Below, in pieces: positions 36,872 to 49,518 of a stretch of DNA of 64,000 nucleotides. The stretch comes from an uncultured delta proteobacterium. Lineage in GTDB: Bacteria; Myxococcota; Myxococcia; Myxococcales; Myxococcaceae. Position 1 is the first letter of the stretch; every line of letters begins with the position of its first letter. Location of the stretch: NCBI GenBank assembly GCA_963771175.1, contig CAVYSY010000056.1:116960-180959 (forward strand). Direction: 5' to 3'. Below the pieces are notes generated by a model that was not told the origin of the DNA, ran no database searches, and saw only the letters and a list, made by a program, of their open reading frames with translations. Position numbers and translations under genes: made by a program.

Positions 36872-38023
36872 CTAGAAGTAGGCGGTGGCACCCGCCACCA
36901 CGAGGGTCTGGGTGGAACGCGGGACGGGCGTGCCCTCGGCGGTCGTCTCGGAGCCGCCGAAGACGTCCGCGGTGGAGCGGTCGTGCCGCGCCTCCAGCTT
37001 GAGGACGAGGTGCTCGGCGGGCTTCACCTCCAGGGTGACGGTGCCCTCCGCGAGCCGCTGGGCCGTGCCGCTGATGAGGCCGTCCCGGTCGTTGAAGAAC
37101 TCCGCGCGCGCGACCACCGCCACCGGCCGGGCCACCTGCACGCGGGCGTTGAGACCGGCGGCGTACCAGAGGGCCGCGTCCTGCCCGGGGCGCCGCTGGG
37201 TGCCCACGTCCGCGGTGCCCGAGACGCTGAAGGCGTCCGTCACCTTGTAGGTGGCCACCAGGTCCCCGAAGAGGCGCAGGCCCGTCGCTGCCTCCCGAGC
37301 CCTCCTCGCCGATGAAGGTGTTGAAGGCGGCGGAGAGCCGCTCGCCCGCGTAGGCCACCTGCGTGCCCAGCGCCTTGCCCCGGTTGTTCTCGCCGATGCG
37401 TCTGCCAGCCGTTGAGCAGGTGCAGCTGAGCGCTCCAGGCGTCGGAGAACTTCCAGGTGCCCTTGAGACCCGTCTGGTAGTAGGGCGACAGCTCGCCCAT
37501 CCACGAGCGCGTGTACGTCCAGTTGAGCTGGGACTGGAAGCGACTCGAGGCCGATGTGGCTCGGGTACACGCCGGCCTCCAGCGTGAGGGGCCCGTGCGC
37601 GTAGGACAGCGAGGCCTGCTGCAGGAAGCGCCACACGTCGGGCCCGATGGCGGTGCCCACCGGCTCCGCGGCATGCACCACCTCCATCGCGGTGCCGACG
37701 CCCACCAGCACGCGGAGGCCCACCGGCTCCGGCTCCAGGCTCACGCCCAGGCTGGCGAGGTTGAGGGAGAACTCGTTGTCGCGTTTGGCGGTGGTGCCGG
37801 TGCCGGGGATGAAGTTGGCGCCATCCGCCGGGCGGTTGAAGTTGTAGCCGTAGTAGACGTCGGCCCCGCCCTCCACCTTCAGCCGGGAGACGAGCGACTC
37901 GAGCGCGGAGGGGGCCGGCTCCTCCTCGGCCGGAGGTGTCGGGGGGGAAGTGGGCGGCTCGGCGGGGCTCGCCTGGCCGAGCAGCAGGTACGGCAGCAGG
38001 GAAGACAAGGTGAAAGGGTTCAT
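36872..38023 (-). CDS. Outer-membrane beta-barrel porin (putative beta-barrel porin-2 type); compensating frameshifts at about 37290-37540
   Basis: DVYYGYNFNRP, HIGLE, NWTYTRS, PYYQTG, RAEFFND, EARHD, terminal aromatic residues (ATAYF). Confidence 0.75.
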   Translation of the reverse strand: MNPFTLSSLLPYLLLGQASPAEPPTSPPTPPAEEEPAPSALESLVSRLKVEGGADVYYGYNFNRPADGANFIPGTGTTAKRDNEFSLNLASLGVSLEPEPVGLRVLVGVGTAMEVVHAAEPVGTAIGPDVWRFLQQASLSYAHGPLTLEAGVYPSHIGLESLPVPAQLDVHALVDGRAVALLPDGSQGHLEVLRRLERSAAPAQRLADASARTTGARRWARRWPTRASGSPPPSTPSSARRAREAATGLRLFGDLVATYKVTDAFSVSGTADVGTQRRPGQDAALWYAAGLNARVQVARPVAVVARAEFFNDRDGLISGTAQRLAEGTVTLEVKPAEHLVLKLEARHDRSTADVFGGSETTAEGTPVPRSTQTLVVAGATAYF

Positions 38024-38109
38024 GGACGTGCCCCCTTGGAGCACCCGCCGTACCACCCCCCACGCCACGAAAACCCAGGGATTCTGAAGGCTTGCGGACG
38101 TCTCCCCCG

Positions 38110-38736
38110 TCACCGTGGTTGCAACTTGCACGGCCTGCCCGCTTCGGGCCGTGCTCCATGAAAGGAACACCATTGCCCACACAGGGAGGAACAGGTCCCC
38201 CGCCACACGGGCAGGAGACCGGGCGCTCTAGGGGGCGCCCGTGGGCACATGGACGTCGTGCCGGGCCTGCTGCTGGCCAGGTAGGCGTCCTCGGCCTGCA
38301 CCAGGAGCGCGCGGATGGCGGCGGCGGAGGGTGCCTCCACCAACGCCTGGCGCAAGCGCGCGTCCCGCAGCAGCGCCGCGATGCGCGCGAGCACACCCAG
38401 GTGCGTGCCCGGTCCGTGCGCCGGAGACACGAGCGTCACGAAGAGGCGCACCGGCTTCCCGTCCCGCGCTCCGAAGTCCACCCCCTCGCGCTGCACGGCG
38501 ACACAGGCGGTGATCTGCCGCATCCGCTCGACGCGGCAGTGGGGAATGGCCACCCCCTCGCCAATGGCGGTACTGGAGATGCGCTCCCGCGCGACGAGCT
38601 GCTGCTCGAGCTGCTCACTCGAGGCCCTCGTCCTCGACGCGAGCATGCCGGCCAGCTCGTGCAACACGCCCGCCCTGTCCCGGGCCCTCAGGTCCGGACG
38701 GATGCAATCCTCCGCCAGGAAATCGGTGAAACGCAT
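38110..38736 (-). CDS. ptsN: PTS EIIA (Ntr-type) protein; C-terminal tail beyond about 38270 doubtful
   Basis: RERISSTAIGEGVAIPHCR (phospho-His), GVDFGARDGKPV, HLGVLARIA. Confidence 0.8.
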   Translation of the reverse strand: MRFTDFLAEDCIRPDLRARDRAGVLHELAGMLASRTRASSEQLEQQLVARERISSTAIGEGVAIPHCRVERMRQITACVAVQREGVDFGARDGKPVRLFVTLVSPAHGPGTHLGVLARIAALLRDARLRQALVEAPSAAAIRALLVQAEDAYLASSRPGTTSMCPRAPPRAPGLLPVWRGTCSSLCGQWCSFHGARPEAGRPCKLQPR

Positions 38737-38942
38737 CTCACACCTCCCAGGAACGCACGCCGGAGGAGACGCACTCCGCACGCGAGCGGGCCCGTGCGGC
38801 ACCGGGCGCCCTCCGACACATGCTCGGAATGGTGGGACGCATCGGCAAGCCCCTCCGTTCCGAGCGGACGTCCCAGCTCACCCCGGTGTCCGGTGGCACA
38901 CCCGCCTGGCCCTCGGGCGAGCAGCGCCACGAGCGTCTGCTC

Positions 38943-39674
38943 CTAGGAGTCTGGCGCCGACTCCCCGCCGTAGAAGCGCCGCAGCTCCTCGTAGAGGTCC
39001 GGCGTCTTCTCCCTCATCTGGCGCGGCTTCTCGAAGAAGGACTCGGTGGCCACGGCGAAGAACTCGGCCTCGTTCACGCCGCCGTAGTCGTCCAGCACCT
39101 GACGCTCCAGGGGCCGGCCCTGCCGCAGCTTCAGGAAGTGCTCGCCCATCACCGAGGCCCACGCCCGGTAGTGCGAGTAGCGGCGCAGGTTCGGCGTCCC
39201 ATCGAAGGCCCCGTCCTCGCGGTCCAGCACATGGGCGAACTCGTGCGTGGCGGTGGAGTGGCCGTCGTGCGGATTCCCCAGCCCCGCCAGCACCGACTGC
39301 CACGAGAGGATGACGGAGCCCCAGTGCTTCGCCTCGCCGAGCACCACGCCCGTACGGTCCGGAATCCGGAAGGCATCCGGGTAGACGATGACCTCGCGCA
39401 GCCGGTCGTAATAGGAGAGGTCCAGGTACAGCACCAGCCGCACCGCCGTGGCCGACACCACCACGCGGACCTCGTCGGTGATGGAGAAGCCTCCCGCCCC
39501 GATGAACTCCTTCTCCCAGGCGAAGACCTTGAGCAGGTCCAGGAAGCGCTGGCGCGGCTCCGGCGCGAGCTCCCCGAGGAAGGGGACACGCCGCTCCAGG
39601 TAGCCGAGCCACTCGGGAGGGAACGGGCGGCGCAGCAGTCGGCGCCGCCAGAGGGAGTGAAAGAGACCAGCCAT
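38943..39674 (-). CDS. Zinc-dependent peptidase, MtfA / M90 family
   Basis: VIVYPDAF, VILSW, HEFAHVLD..DG..DG.P, Y...NEAEFFAVATESFFEKP. Confidence 0.88.
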   Translation of the reverse strand: MAGLFHSLWRRRLLRRPFPPEWLGYLERRVPFLGELAPEPRQRFLDLLKVFAWEKEFIGAGGFSITDEVRVVVSATAVRLVLYLDLSYYDRLREVIVYPDAFRIPDRTGVVLGEAKHWGSVILSWQSVLAGLGNPHDGHSTATHEFAHVLDREDGAFDGTPNLRRYSHYRAWASVMGEHFLKLRQGRPLERQVLDDYGGVNEAEFFAVATESFFEKPRQMREKTPDLYEELRRFYGGESAPDS

Positions 39675-39684
39675 CGACTCCAGC

Positions 39685-40218
39685 TTAGCGGACCAGGACG
39701 AGCCGGCGCGCCGTGGGCACCACGGGCCTCGGGGCGGGCCGCTCCAGCACCTCGCCGAGCGCCTCCACCACCCGAGCGAAGAGCTGGTGGTCCTGGCAGC
39801 ACAGCACCTGCCGCTCGCCCTCGGCGGTGCGCACCGTCAGCCACCAGGTGTCCGCCGCCACCACCAGCCTCGAGATGGAGGCGAAGACGAACACCGTGGC
39901 CACCAGCAGCGCCGCCGTCACCCGGAGCGAGCCCGGCTGCAGCAGCAGCGCCGGCACCACCAGCGCCGCCGCCACCCCCACCGCCAGGGGCAGCTTGAGG
40001 TCCGGAGACGCGTGACGCGTGCCGAAGTCTCGAATCTCCTCCAGCCGCCAGGAGTGGCCCGCCGCCTCCAGCCGCTCGTTCGTCAAGCGGAAGCCCTCCG
40101 CGGACACCAGCACCCGCTCGCCCAGAGGGGTGCGCGGCTCGGCTGGAACGGAGGGAACCAGCCTCAGCACGGACCTCGGGCGCGGCTGCGCCACCGACCA
40201 GGACTCACGCTCCATCAT
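39685..40218 (-). CDS. Two-TM membrane protein (DUF6232-like)
   Basis: Beta-rich N-terminus (FRLTNERL), two TM segments, beta-rich C-terminus. Confidence 0.6.
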   Translation of the reverse strand: MMERESWSVAQPRPRSVLRLVPSVPAEPRTPLGERVLVSAEGFRLTNERLEAAGHSWRLEEIRDFGTRHASPDLKLPLAVGVAAALVVPALLLQPGSLRVTAALLVATVFVFASISRLVVAADTWWLTVRTAEGERQVLCCQDHQLFARVVEALGEVLERPAPRPVVPTARRLVLVR

Positions 40219-40633
40219 CGCGCCTCCCGCGTTCACCCTGCATACCTGGAGCGTCCGAGACGCCCCCTCGGCCCCGAGGACGTGGAGAAACCTCCACCAC
40301 CTCCCGCAGCAGCCCCTTCAACTCCTCCAGCGGAGTGCCCAGCGCGTAACACCCGCGCGCCCCCTGGTTCAGCGACGAGCGCCGCAGCCGCTCGTCGTCG
40401 AAGGGCAGCAGCACGATGACAGGCGCTGGCCCCGCCTCATTCCCGGCCCCCCGCAACACCCGCGAGACACTGTCCTCCCCCTGCACCAGCGCGAGCACCA
40501 CGTCCGGCCGGGCCTCGACGCCGGAGGGATGCAGGACGATGCCCATGTCACCGAGCACGTCGCGCAGCAGCGAGCACAGCGACTCATCCGCGTCCGGCGC
40601 GAGGATGACGCAGCACGACAAGGGGTGGCGCAT
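40205..40633 (-). CDS. Atypical stand-alone receiver-like protein
   Basis: Receiver-like pattern (VILAPD, PDVVL, PVIVL, GARGCY..P) without the phospho-Asp or conserved Lys. Confidence 0.55.
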   Translation of the reverse strand: MRHPLSCCVILAPDADESLCSLLRDVLGDMGIVLHPSGVEARPDVVLALVQGEDSVSRVLRGAGNEAGPAPVIVLLPFDDERLRRSSLNQGARGCYALGTPLEELKGLLREVVEVSPRPRGRGGVSDAPGMQGERGRRDDGA

Positions 40634-40657
40634 GGCGGCTCCTCACCCCCAAGCACC

Positions 40658-40673
40658 AGCAAGTCACATGCCC
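40658..40673 (-). promoter_or_regulatory. Sigma-54 promoter
   Basis: Minus strand reads GGGCATGTGACTTGCT (GG-N10-GC with TTGC). Confidence 0.5.
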
Positions 40674-40776
40674 GTAGTCGCTCCCTCGGGAGCGCCGCGA
40701 CGCGATGCGCCGGAACGTGGCAGCCTGCAAGACCGCCCTGGCGGATTGCCAGAAAGGGGGAGCAGGAGACGGCGGC

Positions 40777-42465
40777 TCAGTGCAGGGTGTGGGCCCGCGA
40801 GGCCGGGCTCAGGGTTCCGCCGGACACCGACACCGTCGCCGAGCCCACCGTCGAGGACTTGAAATAGAAGGTCGCCTCCGCCTGCGGGTTCAAGAGGGCC
40901 ACGGTCGAGAGCGCACTCCCGGTGCAAGCCGGGTCCGCGTGGAAGGTGAGGCCCGAGGCCGCCGGGCCCGAGGCCGCCAGGGTGAATGTCCCCGACGCGG
41001 GCACGAGGTTTCCGGCCGAGTCCTGGCTCTGCACGGTGACCTTGCCGGAGCAGGCGCCGGTCGCGAGGTCGTACGCGGGCGTGAGGAACGCGAGCATGGC
41101 GGCCGGCCCGACGGGCACCACCTCGACGGTGAAGGTGCGGTCGGGCACCGTGGCCGGGTCGTAGCCCGCTCCGGAGATGACGTTCGAGGTGATGACGTTG
41201 CCAGTGCCGTAGTCCGCGATGGCGGCCTGGTAGGTGGCGTTGGTGGCCGCGCCGTTGCGGAGGGTATTGCCGGCCACGCGGATGCGCGTCGGCGTCGAGG
41301 GCGCATCGCCCGCGGAGCCCTCGAGCTGGGAGAGGTAGATGCCAATGTCGTTGTCGACGAGGGTGTTGCCCTCGATGGCGAAGTCGCTCACCAACGGGCT
41401 GCTGGCGCCGAAGTAGCTGCCCCCGGTGACCAGGATGCCCGTGCCGATGGTGTCCGCCGCGGGGCCCGTGTAGGCATTCCCGGAGACAGTGTTCCCCGAC
41501 ACCCGCCCCCTGGCCCCGAAGCTGACCTGGATGCCATTGCGGGCGACGTGGGTCACCGGCCCCCGAGCATCCACCGTGTTGTCGGAGAGGGCCACCTCCA
41601 CGGCGCCGACGACCAGGATGCCAATCTTCTGGGCGGCCACGACACGGTTGCGCAGCACGTCCACCCGGAAGCGGCCACGGTTCGCGTCGTCGTTACGCAC
41701 CTCGATGCCGAAGCCCTCCTGACAGCCGCTCGCGCCCGAGCCTCTCTGGAGGTCGAGCACCGTGGAGCCCACGACCTCGCCCGAGGCCCCTTCGAGCAGG
41801 ATGCCGCGGAGCCGCGCCGCGCCGGACTCGCAGACATCCCGCAAGCCGCTGGCGGTGACGGTCACGTCGCGGACGCGCGCAGTGGCGCCCCGGTTGCGAA
41901 TCACGGCCCCGGTGAAGTGGCCGCCCGGCGGGTCCACCACCGTGACGGTGTGTCCCTGGCCGTCGAACGTGTAGTCGTCCGGGACGAGCAGCGTTGTGTC
42001 CGTGGTGCAGTCGGCCGCCAGCGCGATGCGCCCGTCCTCCAGCGAGAAGAGACACTCGGCCCGCGTGCACGTGGGGCCCGTCCAGGTGACCGGGAACGTG
42101 TGGGAGATGCTGCGCCCCGCGCTGTCGGTGACCGTCATCGTCACCGTGGGAGTCACCCCGGGAGGCAGACAGGACAGGGCAGTCCAGACCACCTCACTGC
42201 GGCCCGCATCGTTCACCGGAGTGCTCACGGTGCCCGCGTTCGTGGACCACGTGAAGGACAGGGACTCACTCCGGGTGGCGGAGACGGTGACACCCAGGCG
42301 CATGACGTCCCCGGAGCCCACCGAGGCCGGCGACTGCACGGTCTCCTCGATGACGAGGGGTACCCGGTAGGTGACGCGGGGCGCTCCGTGTTCGTCACAG
42401 CCCACCGCCAGCAGCGTCAGACCCATGGCGAGGAGCGACAGGCGCTTCACTTCCGCTCGGCTCAT
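40777..42465 (-). CDS. Lipoprotein with Ig-like domain(s) and a right-handed parallel beta-helix
   Basis: Lipobox LAVGC, Ig-like segment LSFTWSTNAG, repeated 'GI.v....v.gNtv' units. Confidence 0.8.
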   Translation of the reverse strand: MSRAEVKRLSLLAMGLTLLAVGCDEHGAPRVTYRVPLVIEETVQSPASVGSGDVMRLGVTVSATRSESLSFTWSTNAGTVSTPVNDAGRSEVVWTALSCLPPGVTPTVTMTVTDSAGRSISHTFPVTWTGPTCTRAECLFSLEDGRIALAADCTTDTTLLVPDDYTFDGQGHTVTVVDPPGGHFTGAVIRNRGATARVRDVTVTASGLRDVCESGAARLRGILLEGASGEVVGSTVLDLQRGSGASGCQEGFGIEVRNDDANRGRFRVDVLRNRVVAAQKIGILVVGAVEVALSDNTVDARGPVTHVARNGIQVSFGARGRVSGNTVSGNAYTGPAADTIGTGILVTGGSYFGASSPLVSDFAIEGNTLVDNDIGIYLSQLEGSAGDAPSTPTRIRVAGNTLRNGAATNATYQAAIADYGTGNVITSNVISGAGYDPATVPDRTFTVEVVPVGPAAMLAFLTPAYDLATGACSGKVTVQSQDSAGNLVPASGTFTLAASGPAASGLTFHADPACTGSALSTVALLNPQAEATFYFKSSTVGSATVSVSGGTLSPASRAHTLH

Positions 42466-42627
42466 GCGCGTCACGATACCGGCGCGTCCCCGGACCGCAA
42501 ACAAGGGTCTCCGGCTCAGCGCGGTCGAGTGACCAGCTCTGGACGTCCAATGGGACGGAGTGTGGAGGCCTCCATCCGAGGTGCGCCGCGACGGACACAA
42601 ACTCGCCCACGAGACTGGCACGCGGGA

Positions 42628-44377
42628 ATGATGACGGCCGCCATGGACACCTCCTCCCGACGCACCCTCTGGGTTTCCCTGCTGGCCGCGCTGGTGCTCG
42701 CCCTGCCCACCGTCTGGATGGGCTTCATCAACGACGACTTCATCCACCTGCTCATCCTCGAGGGCTTTCCGTCCCTGGCCTCGCCCTACGACCTGTTCCG
42801 CTTCGCGGGCGGCGACCCCGAGGGCCTGCAGCGGATGATCGCCAAGGGGCCTTATCCATGGTGGACGCTGCCCGAGCTGAAGCTGGCCTTCTGGCGCCCC
42901 CTGTCGAGCGCGCTCGCGGTGCTGGACCACTCGCTCTTCGGCCGAAACCCGGTGGGCTACCACCTGCACTCGCTGGCCTGGTACCTCGGCATGGTGGCCC
43001 TCTTCGGCACCCTGCTGCGGCGCTTCCTGCCGGGAGCCGTGGCGTCGCTCGCGCTGTTCCTCTTCGCCATCGACGGCGCGCATTTCCTCGTCGCGGGGTG
43101 GATCGCCAACCGCAACGCGCTGGTGGCCGCCGTGCCCGCGCTGTTCGGCGTATGGATGCACCTCGAGTGGCGCGAGCTGCGTCGGCCCTGGGCCCTGCCC
43201 CTCTCCCTCGTCGGGCTCACCGTGGGCCTGCTGGGCGGAGAGACCGCCCTGGGCGTCTTCGCGTACCTGCTGGCCTATGAGGTGCTGGGCGCTCGGGACG
43301 GAGTGAAGGAGCGGGCGCGAGCCCTCGCCCCAGCGGCGCTGCTCGGGCTCGCGTACCTCGTGAGCTACAAGCTGAGCGGGTATGGAGCCTCTGGCTCCGG
43401 CTCCTACGTGGACCCGGTAGGCGAGCCCGGGCGCTACCTCCTGGCCGTGCTGGGGCGGGTGCCCGCGCTGCTCTGCGGGCTGTTGCTGGAGGTGCCCGCG
43501 GACCTCTGGGCGTTCAGCACGAGCACGCGTCCCATGCTGGTGGGCATGGGGCTGCTCGCGCTCGGGCTGCTCGCATGGCTGCTGCGCACCGCGTGGCCGG
43601 AGCTCACCGGGGACGAGCGCCGACACTGCCGCTGGCTCTTCCTCGGCGCGGCGCTGTCGCTGCTGCCGGTAGCCGCCACCTTCCCCTCCAACCGCCTGCT
43701 GCTCGTGCCGAGCCTGGGCGGCTCGGTGGCCGTGGCGGTGGTGCTCGTGTCCGCGTGGCGCTCGCGGGCGCGCGGCTGGCGTCCCCGGGGCATGGCGGCC
43801 GGGGCCGGGGTGCTCGCGCTCTCGCACCTCGTGCTGGCGCCCCTGCTCTGGCCGATGATGACCCTCTTCATCCGGACGTTCGAAAGCCAGACCGAGCCCA
43901 TCCTCCAGACGCTGGAGCACGAGCTGGACAGGAAGCGCCTCCCCGAGCAGCGGGTGGTCATCCTCCCCCTCCCGAATCCGCTCCTCGGCATGTACGCGCC
44001 CATGCGCATGGCCACGCGTGGCATGCCAGTGCCCCTCGCCTGGTGGACGCTGTCCCTGTCGCCGGAGCCCCACGTGCTCACCCGCCACGGGGCCGACGTC
44101 CCTGGAGCTCGCGCTCACCCGGGGCCACTTCCTCACCAGCGAGTTCGAGGGGGTGTTCCGCGGCCCCAGCCACTCGCTGCCCCAGGGCTCACGGGTGGAG
44201 CTCCCGGGCATGCGGGTGACGGTGCTGGAGGCGGATGAGGTGGGGCCCACGCGCGTGGGCTTCGACTTCGACACGCCACTCGAGGACCCCTCGTTCGTCT
44301 TCCTGGGCTGGAGGGACGGAGCGATGCGCCGCTCCACCCCGCCGCCCGTGGGAGCGAGCGTCTCCTTCCAGGAGTAA
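42628..44377 (+). CDS. Multi-TM membrane protein, GT-C glycosyltransferase-like; frameshift near 44085
   Basis: GFINDDF after the first TM segment, FWRPL, P.GYHL.SL, WIANRN, about 11 TM segments. Confidence 0.7.
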
Positions 44378-44389
44378 CTTCCTCGGTGT

Positions 44390-45710
44390 CTAGCGGCAGG
44401 TGCCCCACAGCATCTGGATGCCACCGCCCGTGAGGACGGCCAGGTCCCGGGCGCCGTCCTTGTCGAAGTCTCCCACGGTCATTCCCTGGAGCCCCTGCCC
44501 TGCGGGGAGCGCGGTGAGCAACACCTGCTGCGAGAAGGCGCCCCCCGGCTGCCCCAGGAACAGGCTCACCTGGCTGTCGCCGGAGTTGACCGCCAGCAGG
44601 TCCTTCACGTCATCACGGTCGATGTCCGCCAGCACCAGCTCCCGAGGCCTGACACCCGCGGCATACGCGGTCGGAGTGACGAGGAAGGAGCCATCGCCCT
44701 GGCCGCTGAACACGAGCACCCGATTGCCACTCATGTCGGCGACCATCAGGTCTGGATTCGGATCAATGCCGAGCTTCGCCGCCACGAGGCCGCGAGGCGA
44801 GCCCTCGACGGGCATGAAGCGCTGGGCCTGGAAGGTGCCATCGCTGTTGCCCAGCAGCACCCCCACCGACTGGCACGAGTCCGACGTCTCGGTACACGTC
44901 GGGTGGGTGAGGGCGAGGTCCGGACGACCATCGCCGTTGAAGTCCTCGACCGTCATCGCGTTGGGGGCCGTGGGAGCCGCGAGCGCTGACCGGGGGGGCG
45001 AAGGAGCCATTGCCGTTGGACTTCAGCACGAGGAGCTTGTCGCCAGAGCCCCCCAGGAGGGCGACGCGCTGGCTCCCGCCGAACGAACCGATGGCCATGT
45101 CGTCGATGGACTGGCCGACGCTGGTGTAGGTGGCCGTCGGGAAGGAGCCATCCCCCTTGCCGCGGAACACCATGAGGGAGCTCGAATTGGCGGCGAGGAC
45201 GTCCAGCTTCTGGTCACCGGTGACGTCCGCGAGCAGCACGGACGAGGGAGCCGCGCCCGCGGGAAGCAGGGTGGGCGTCTGGAAGAGGCCCGCCTTGCGG
45301 TTGAGCAGCACGGCCGTCGTGTTGCCCACGCTGTTCACCGTGACGAGGTCATCGGCGCCGTCGCCATTGAGGTCGCCGGACGCGATGTCCCGCGGGGTGC
45401 CAGGCAGCGCGTACGACACCGCGGTCAGGAAGCCGCAATTGCCCGCGCAGATGACGCCCCCATCCGGACAGGCGCCCGCGCACGAGGTCCCGGAGCACGA
45501 GGGCTTCGCCGCGAAGGTACCGCCGTCGCTGAGGACGACGTCCCCTCCATCGAGGGAGATGCTCCCCGCGTCGCCACTGTCCGGCGTCACCTCGATGGGC
45601 GGTGAAGGATGGAAGGGGCCGCCAGGGCGGGGGTCCTCCTCATTCGTGCAGGCGTTGACCAGCAGGAGCACGGCGCCCAGCGAGAGAAGGAGTCGGGTGA
45701 GGGGCCTCAT
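44390..45710 (-). CDS. FG-GAP/VCBS repeat lipoprotein; frameshift near 44995
   Basis: Lipobox LVNAC, repeated DLNGDG.DDL / DFNGDGRPDL / G.GDGSF. Confidence 0.82.
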
Positions 45711-45803
45711 GGGCAGGCCTCCGGCATCGGGATTTCGTGGGAAGGACACGAGGGGGTACCTCCAATGAAAGAGAGACTCCCAGTGTACCCACCGAGCCCG
45801 GAG

Positions 45804-47174
<1,371 letters not shown>

Positions 47175-47185
<11 letters not shown>

Positions 47186-49324
47186 GTCGCTCCTCGTTCG
47201 GCGCCGACGGCCGTGGCGGGCCACCACAGCGTCACGCACGTGCCCTGGCCGGGCGCGCTCTCCAGCTCGACGCGGCCGCCGTGGTTGCGGACAATCTGCG
47301 CCACCATCGTCAGCCCCAGCCCCGTGCCCTGGCCGCGCTTCTTCGTGGTGAAGAAGGGGTCGAACACGCGGTTGAGGCTCTCGGCGGAATGCCGCACCCG
47401 TCGTCCCGCACCGTCACCCGCACGCCGCTCCAGGCCCCCGGCTCGCCCGGCGCCTCCGGTGCGCGGCGCAGGCGCACCGTGCCCCCGGGCTCGCACGCGT
47501 CGCAGGCGTTGAGCGCCAGGTTGACCAGCACCTGCTGCAGCTGGTCCGGGTCCGCCGGCGAGCGCGGGCAGCCCCTCGGGCACGCTCCACCTCCAGCCGT
47601 CACCTTGCGCCGCTCGGCCTCCAGCCGTGCAGCAGCTCCTGCACGCCGCGCAGCAGCGGCCCCAGCGCCACGCCGCGCACCGCCGCCGGCTGCACCCGCG
47701 AGAAGTCCAGCAGCTGGCGGATGGTGCGGCTCACCCGGTCTATCTGCTCGATGATGACGCTGCACGCCCGGCGGCCTGCGGGTGCTGCGCGCCCAGCTTG
47801 CCCAGCACGTACTCGGCCCGGCCGCGCACCACGCCCAGCGGCGTGCCGATCTCGTGGGCGATGCCCGCGGCGAGCATGCCCACCGTGGCCAGCTTCTCGG
47901 CGCGCAGGAGCTGCGACTCGAGCGCGTGCACGTTGCTCAGGTCCTCCACCACGAGCAGCACGCGCACCTCGGGGTCCGTGGCGCTCCAGCGGCACGGCGT
48001 GGATGCGGTACTGGCCCTCCTCGCCGAAGAGGGCGCAGCGGCTCGCCGTGCAGGCTGAGGACGCGCTCGGCGTGGCACGCGCGCCTCCACCAGCGCGCCG
48101 AGCCGCGCCACCACCGGCGGCGGGGGCGTGCGGGAAGGCCTCCGGCAGCGAGCGCGCCCACGGCGGTCGGGGGCAGCCGCTCGCGCAGGGCCTGGTTGAC
48201 GGCGCGTGATGCGGCCGTCCGCCGACGAGCGCGAGGACGCCGGTGGGGATGTTGTCGAGGATCTTCTGCGTCTTCTCGTGCAGGTGCGCGAGCCGGTCCG
48301 CGTGCCGGCGGCTCTCCTGCAGCGCCACCGCGCGGCGCGAGGCGATGATGCACGTACACGCCGAAGGCGCCGAGGAAGAAGGTCACCAGCAGCGCGCCGA
48401 GCGCCACCCGGAGGATGACGGCCCCGCTCGTGGCTGCGCAGCCTCGGTGGTGGAGAGCAGCGTGGCCACGGCCCAGTGGGTGCCGCCGCGCACGCGGATG
48501 GGGGTGAAGGCGGCGATGGCGTCCGCCGCGCCCAGGCCCAGCCGCGCCGCCTCGTCCTCGCCGAGATGCGGACCGTGCCGCGCTCGCCCGCGCGCATGCG
48601 CCGCGCCAGCTCCGCGAAGGCCGGGAGTCTGCCCGCCTCGCGTGTCCAGCCGCTGGTACCAGTCCACGAGCGCCGGCGTCGCTCGCGGGGGTGGGCACGC
48701 CGTGCGCGCCGAGCAGCAGCAGCCGCGTCTCCGGGCTCGGCTGGTCATCGAGCTGCAGCGGGGCGAAGAAGGGCTCGGTGTCCACCAGCACCGCCACCGC
48801 GCCGCCCGGGCCCGCCTCGGCGGGCGCGTAGCGCGGTGGCGAAGACGCGCAGCCAGCCGCCCGGGCGCGGCGGCCACGGGCGGCGAGGTGAGGATGTCGC
48901 CCGGGGTCCGGGCGAGCGCCGCGCGCGCCGCCTCCGCCAGGACGGTGCCCACGGCGCCGCGCGTGACGGCCGGGCCCGCGCGCCGGTCCATGATGGCGAA
49001 GCCGCTGCGCCCCCGTCCTGCGTCGAGCACGATGATGGCCTTGTACTGCCCCACCACCTCCAGGAGGGCGAGCAGCTCGCGCCGGTGCTCGGTGACGGAG
49101 CCGGGCCGGGACAGCAGCTCGCCGGCGAAGCGCAGGTCATCGGCCGCGTCGTCGAGCGCATCGGCCACCTCGCGCGCCGCCGCCTCCACCTGGGCCTGCC
49201 GATCCGCGGAGAACTGGTCCACCAGCGCCGCGCGGTCCCTGCGGATGAGATAGACGACGCCCGCCACCACGCTCACGAGCGCGATGCACAACAGGAGCAC
49301 GGAGGCGACGGCCTTGCGGTTCAT
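47175..49324 (-). CDS. Membrane sensor histidine kinase (PAS, NtrB-like); frameshifted
   Basis: N-terminal TM segment, [41 protein letters not shown]. Confidence 0.85.
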
Positions 49325-49518
49325 GGTCGGGCGGGGGCGGGGCAGTGTAACCCGCGCCTCCCGACCCAGCGGGAATGGTTTCAGGCGCCCGACCCAAACC
49401 GGCCGCCCGACAGGCGGACACACGCGCTGGGTGACATCGCCGGGTCGATGTCTCGGCGCCGTGCCATGTCAGACCCAATGAGTCTCATGAGGCACTCCGA
49501 ACGTGACAGGAGATGCCC

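Noticed and set aside
40705..44424. Two overlapping ORFs of about 1200 aa on opposite strands
   Set aside because: Each is a real gene extended upstream through the antisense of its divergent neighbour. Real starts are near 42465 (-) and 42628 (+).
49433..49452. GACATCG-N6-CGATGTC inverted repeat upstream of the toxin gene
   Set aside because: A single 7-bp stem with no second copy found. Could be chance.
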